Assembly (NCBI GenBank): GCA_963770835.1
Contig: CAVYRH010000002.1
Location: forward strand, 64,001-128,000
DNA from: an uncultured Pseudomonadota bacterium
GTDB taxonomy: Bacteria > Oederibacteriota > Muellerivitia > Muellerivitales > Muellerivitaceae
Direction: 5' to 3'
DNA length: 64,000 nt
Shown here: one piece after another, positions 60,297 to 64,000 of the stretch
Numbering within the stretch: the first letter of the stretch is position 1
How the letters are laid out: each line of letters starts with the position of its first letter
The notes under the pieces: generated by a model
Told to the model about the DNA's origin: nothing
Database searches by the model: none
The model's input: only the letters and a program-made list of their open reading frames with translations
Translations under genes and position numbers: made by a program

Positions 60297-62345
60297 TCAT
60301 TTCAACAAGGGGAATTCCGTCACCCTTAAGCGCGTGGAACCATAAGGCACGAGGAGCAAAGATTCCATTGGTTCGGCGCTTTCAACGGGGCTCTGGGGTG
60401 GTGGTTCCGCAGCGCCCTGCGTAAAAGCCCAATCGTTCAAACGCTTGCCGTTAACAGTCAGCTTGAGGGGGGCACCCTCCAAGGTGAAGGGGTCTCCCTT
60501 TAAACCTATGTTTTGAAGCGTCAATGACTTTTCAGGGTCTCCTGGATTAAGCACCAAAGCATAGTTCCAGGGCGTTTGTGGAATGACAAAGTAGTCGTAT
60601 TTGGGTTCCCCCTTCGGCTGATAGGGGAATGGCTGGGCGGGTTTCCACGTTTCTTGAAGTCCCAGGCTGTAAACCAAGGGGCCCCTTTCCACGCTGACCG
60701 AATCGCGAAAACCCCTTCGGACCTTAAACGACATGGGCAGTTGAAGTTGAAGGGTGTCCCCTTCTTTCCATTGGCGAACAATTTTTTGAAAGGTTCCGGA
60801 AGCCATCCTTTGTTTTGTTCCATCCGGCAAGGTGAGGGTCGCTTGATCGCACCATTGCGGCACCCGCAAATAAAGAGGGAACTCAATGGGTTTGAGAGTT
60901 GATACTTTAAAAGTCAACTCCTCGCTGAACGGATAATCAGTTGTTAATTCGACCCTTACGGGTTGACCCGAGACCTCGGCTTCAACCACCGAAGGGGCAT
61001 AAATCACGGCAGCCAAGCCTCCGTCCGGGGTCGTCATCCATAAATGGGAGGTGAATTTGGGCCAGCCTTGGTGAAAATTGGCAGTGCAACAACCGTATTG
61101 GGGTTCCAGGCCAAACAGATTAGCCGTTCCACGGTTGGTGGTATAAACAGGCCGCGGAACGTAAACACAGGCCACCTGATTGGCCTGTTCATCATACTGG
61201 TGCTGCCAATAATTCGCCGTGCAGGCGGCTGGCAAGGCATTGAAGGCTATTTTTTCAAGGCGGTCCGCGTCCTCCACGTTCCCCAAAACGGACAAATCCG
61301 TTTCGAGTGAAAACATCGTTTCAACGATGGCGCAAAGTTCGGTCCCCTGGGAAGGGCTTTTTCCAGCCAGGCATTCATCCGCGCTGAAAAGGCCGTTGGC
61401 TTCGCCATGATAACGGTACAGTTCCTCGAGGGCCTCGGAAGAGAGCTTTTTATATTTTTCCTCGCCGGTCAGGCGGAAAAGGAGCGCCGGAACCTTCAAA
61501 CCCATGGCGTTGTTCACCCCGTGTCCCGGCCAATTCCAACCCGGGGACTTTTCCTTAATGGGCAAATTGGAAAAATGTTTTGGCCAGTTATAACCCTGGT
61601 TCGCCGCCTTGACGGCCAATTCTAGGAGCCAGGGTTCCCGGGTACGGTCATAGAGCCAGAAAACGCTTACAAGCAGGTCGCCCCAGCGGAAATAATTCCA
61701 GTCGAAAAGCGGCCTTTGGCTCAATTGGTTGTTGAGGCTCCAAAGGTCTTTTTCCATGGCCGAGATGACTCGTGGATCCCCTGTGGCCTCTTCATATTGG
61801 GCCAGAACTTTCAGGATGATGAACTGCGGCCAGGGATCCCGGGTCGCAGGTGGCTCGGCATTGGGAGGGGCGCCACTGGGGGGAGGGCTTTGCTCCGGGC
61901 CAAGCCAGCCATCCGGTAACTGATGCCCCAGGATATAGTCCATCCACCGCCTGGACTTTTGTTGAAGTTTTTGATCGTCGGTGAGATAAGCCAGTGGCAC
62001 GAAACCATCCAGCCAATAGGGGGCCCGCTCCCAGCCTTCCGCCTTTCCTCCAATCCATCCACTGTTTTTGACATCCGGCCAAAACTCATCCAAATGCCCG
62101 GAAAGACCACCCGCCTGGAGCTGAAGCTGTTCTAAGAGCCACCCTTTGGGCTTCACGTGCCCCAAAGGCAATGGTTGGAAGGCCGTCGGCTCTAAACCCA
62201 TCGGCCGGTTTTCTTTTCTCTCTTGTTGGCCCCGGAGGTAAATAGCCCAGGTAAACCCCATCAAAACCACGACTATCAGGGCGATCAAAGATTTTGTTGG
62301 AAAATTTTTCTTGGATCTTGGTGGTTCCAGGCTTGTTTCCGTCAT
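60297..62345 (-). CDS. GH127/GH146-like (beta-L-arabinofuranosidase family) glycoside hydrolase, N-terminally anchored
   Basis: PKGWL..QL, GWE..PYWLDG, HGVN, TELCAIVE, GCCTAN.HQGWPK, TDYPF, RGPLVY motifs. Confidence 0.85.
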   Translation of the reverse strand: MTETSLEPPRSKKNFPTKSLIALIVVVLMGFTWAIYLRGQQERKENRPMGLEPTAFQPLPLGHVKPKGWLLEQLQLQAGGLSGHLDEFWPDVKNSGWIGGKAEGWERAPYWLDGFVPLAYLTDDQKLQQKSRRWMDYILGHQLPDGWLGPEQSPPPSGAPPNAEPPATRDPWPQFIILKVLAQYEEATGDPRVISAMEKDLWSLNNQLSQRPLFDWNYFRWGDLLVSVFWLYDRTREPWLLELAVKAANQGYNWPKHFSNLPIKEKSPGWNWPGHGVNNAMGLKVPALLFRLTGEEKYKKLSSEALEELYRYHGEANGLFSADECLAGKSPSQGTELCAIVETMFSLETDLSVLGNVEDADRLEKIAFNALPAACTANYWQHQYDEQANQVACVYVPRPVYTTNRGTANLFGLEPQYGCCTANFHQGWPKFTSHLWMTTPDGGLAAVIYAPSVVEAEVSGQPVRVELTTDYPFSEELTFKVSTLKPIEFPLYLRVPQWCDQATLTLPDGTKQRMASGTFQKIVRQWKEGDTLQLQLPMSFKVRRGFRDSVSVERGPLVYSLGLQETWKPAQPFPYQPKGEPKYDYFVIPQTPWNYALVLNPGDPEKSLTLQNIGLKGDPFTLEGAPLKLTVNGKRLNDWAFTQGAAEPPPQSPVESAEPMESLLLVPYGSTRLRVTEFPLLK

Positions 62346-62687
62346 GATTGACTATTCTATTCGAAAGAACGAAAAAACTTGACGGAACTCTTGCGCGAAA
62401 GATTGAAAGAAGATGTTCATTAAACTTCACCGATGAAGAATGAAAGGAGTTTGGTAAACGATTCTTTCTCAATTAAATATCCGGCCGGTAACAATTCCAA
62501 TGAACTTTCTTTTAAATTAAGCGATAAAGAGATATGGTTGTTAGTCGGATTTTTTTATTTCAACCGATCACTATGAATGTTCTTGAACGAGCTCAATGCT
62601 GAAAAAATTTGCCTAACCGCCTTTTGTTTAACTACTAATCCTTCCTTGGTTTTTTCAATTCAAAAGTAACCCTATAAGAGAGTCTCC

Positions 62688-63029
62688 ATGCCGTCCTATA
62701 TTCAACACTCGAACTCAGACCACCAATTCCTAAAAAAAGTCGGCCGGAAGATCAATGAGGTCCGGTTGCAAATGGGTTACACCCAATCCCAGTTGGCCGA
62801 ACAGGCTGGAGTCTCCATCCAAATGGTCCAATACTGGGAGTCGGGGCGAAACATCACTTTGAGGACCCTTTATAACCTCGCTTATCAGCTCGGATGCCCC
62901 GTCCGCAGTTTCTTCAAAGAACCCCGGAATATGACTGCTCAACGGGGAAGGCCCCGGACTACCGGTGGAAAAACAAAAAAGCCCAAATCCCGCGAGGAAA
63001 ACAAGCCACGCCGAATTCCGCAGTCTTAA
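62688..63029 (+). CDS. XRE-family HTH regulator with basic C-terminal tail
   Basis: VGRKI..VR...GYTQ.QLAE.AGVS...VQYWESG motif; RGRPR AT-hook-like tail. Confidence 0.85.
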   Translation: MPSYIQHSNSDHQFLKKVGRKINEVRLQMGYTQSQLAEQAGVSIQMVQYWESGRNITLRTLYNLAYQLGCPVRSFFKEPRNMTAQRGRPRTTGGKTKKPKSREENKPRRIPQS

Positions 63030-63100
63030 ATCACAAATAAGCTGTCCGTAATCAAAAAATCCTTATGAGTCAGCCATCCATCGTTTCCCGGTCTTTGGTT

Positions 63101-63547
63101 TTAAGGTTTGGAAGGGGTATGGGAGGGGCGAAGCTTGTACCCCCAGGTTCGGTAGGCCATCCACCCCAGGTTCACCAACGAAAGAAGGATGGCGATAACC
63201 GGCATTAGGCCCGTTGCGGGACCTTTGGAAGCCCAAGGACTGTCACTCCTGATTTTAGAAATGAACTTGCGCAAATCGGGATTGTCCGGATGAAGCTTGA
63301 GACTTTGTTCCATCGCCAACACCGCTTCGGTGCGGTTGGAATTTTGGTAATAGGCCTCTCCAAGGAATTGGTAGGCCTGCCAATAATCGGGGCGTTCATC
63401 CACCGCCGCCTTGAAATATTGGACGGCCTTCTCATAATCCCGACCCTTGAACAAATCCATCCCTGCGTTGTAATAGTCTTCCGGCGCAATGGCCCAAACC
63501 CAGACCGGAGCCAAAACGACGAGGGCGCTTAATATTATTTTTTTCAT
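63101..63547 (-). CDS. TPR-containing membrane-anchored protein
   Basis: Signal peptide, two TPR motifs (YYNAG..., AYQFLGEAYY), C-terminal TM helix. Confidence 0.8.
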   Translation of the reverse strand: MKKIILSALVVLAPVWVWAIAPEDYYNAGMDLFKGRDYEKAVQYFKAAVDERPDYWQAYQFLGEAYYQNSNRTEAVLAMEQSLKLHPDNPDLRKFISKIRSDSPWASKGPATGLMPVIAILLSLVNLGWMAYRTWGYKLRPSHTPSKP

Positions 63548-63551
63548 TCGG

Positions 63552-64000
63552 TTATGCGGGAATCATCTGGGTAGCTTCAAAAGCCGCCAAATTAGGCTGG
63601 ATCACTTTGACTTCCCGCAGGTGACCGGTCACCGCTTCCTGGGTTTTGAGGCCCGTTCCCGTGATATAGGCCACTGTCACGGCATCAGGGTCAAGTGCCC
63701 CCGATTCAGCCAGTTTCTTCAGGCAGCCGATAGTGACGCCCCCGGCCGTTTCGGCGAAGATACCCTCCGTGCGGGCCAAAAGCTTGATACCTTCGACGAT
63801 TTCATCATCCGTCACCATTTCGGCCCCGCCATTGGAATCGGCGATGGTCCTCAAGGCATAAAAACCGTCGGCGGGATTACCGATGGCCAGGGACTTGGCG
63901 ATAGTATTGGGTTTCACGGGCCGGAAGGTATCGGTCTTGGCCTTATAAGCGGTCGTCACAGGGGAACAACCAGCGGCCTGGGCGCCGAATACCCTCATAG
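63552..64000 (-). CDS. Threonine synthase-like PLP enzyme, C-terminal part (gene runs off the window)
   Basis: GAQAAGCSP, TIAKSLAIGNPADG, EGIFAETAGG, ITGTGLKT motifs. Confidence 0.88.
   Translation of the reverse strand, partial: MRVFGAQAAGCSPVTTAYKAKTDTFRPVKPNTIAKSLAIGNPADGFYALRTIADSNGGAEMVTDDEIVEGIKLLARTEGIFAETAGGVTIGCLKKLAESGALDPDAVTVAYITGTGLKTQEAVTGHLREVKVIQPNLAAFEATQMIPA

Overview
Chromosomal 64-kb window from a diderm (outer-membrane porins present), moderately GC-rich bacterium. No prophage, CRISPR or transposase is visible. Contents: tRNA-Leu(GAG); a probable ceramide/sphingolipid cluster (spt + GNAT bCerS-like + divergent SDR reductase); def, fmt, rsmB; thiSGE; gltBD; glgB/GH57; several glycoside hydrolases (GH9, GH-A clan, GH127); three multi-TM GT-C-like proteins; and a sulfate uptake/activation operon (lsfA-like peroxiredoxin, porin, sbp, HPr, cysTWA, cysDN). 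Three SAM-II-like riboswitches lie in this operon's upstream regions, two of them in tandem with terminators. Further right are a toxin-first RelE-like/RHH pair, an XRE gene bracketed by a perfect 23-bp inverted repeat, and a sulfur-carrier module (thrC-like, MoaD/CysO-like carrier ending GG-IQI, NIL protein, degenerate ThiF, cysK). The most novel hypothesis is that two complementary ThiF/MoeB paralogues form a heterodimeric E1 like eukaryotic SAE1-UBA2: one has the ATP site but no N-terminal Arg-finger, the other has the Arg-finger but no ATP site. Many single-base indels break gltB, glgB, cysATW, sbp, the porin and the moaD-NIL-thiF genes. These are most likely sequencing errors, so coordinates for those genes are manual reconstructions. 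All family calls come from motif recognition by eye, not database searches.
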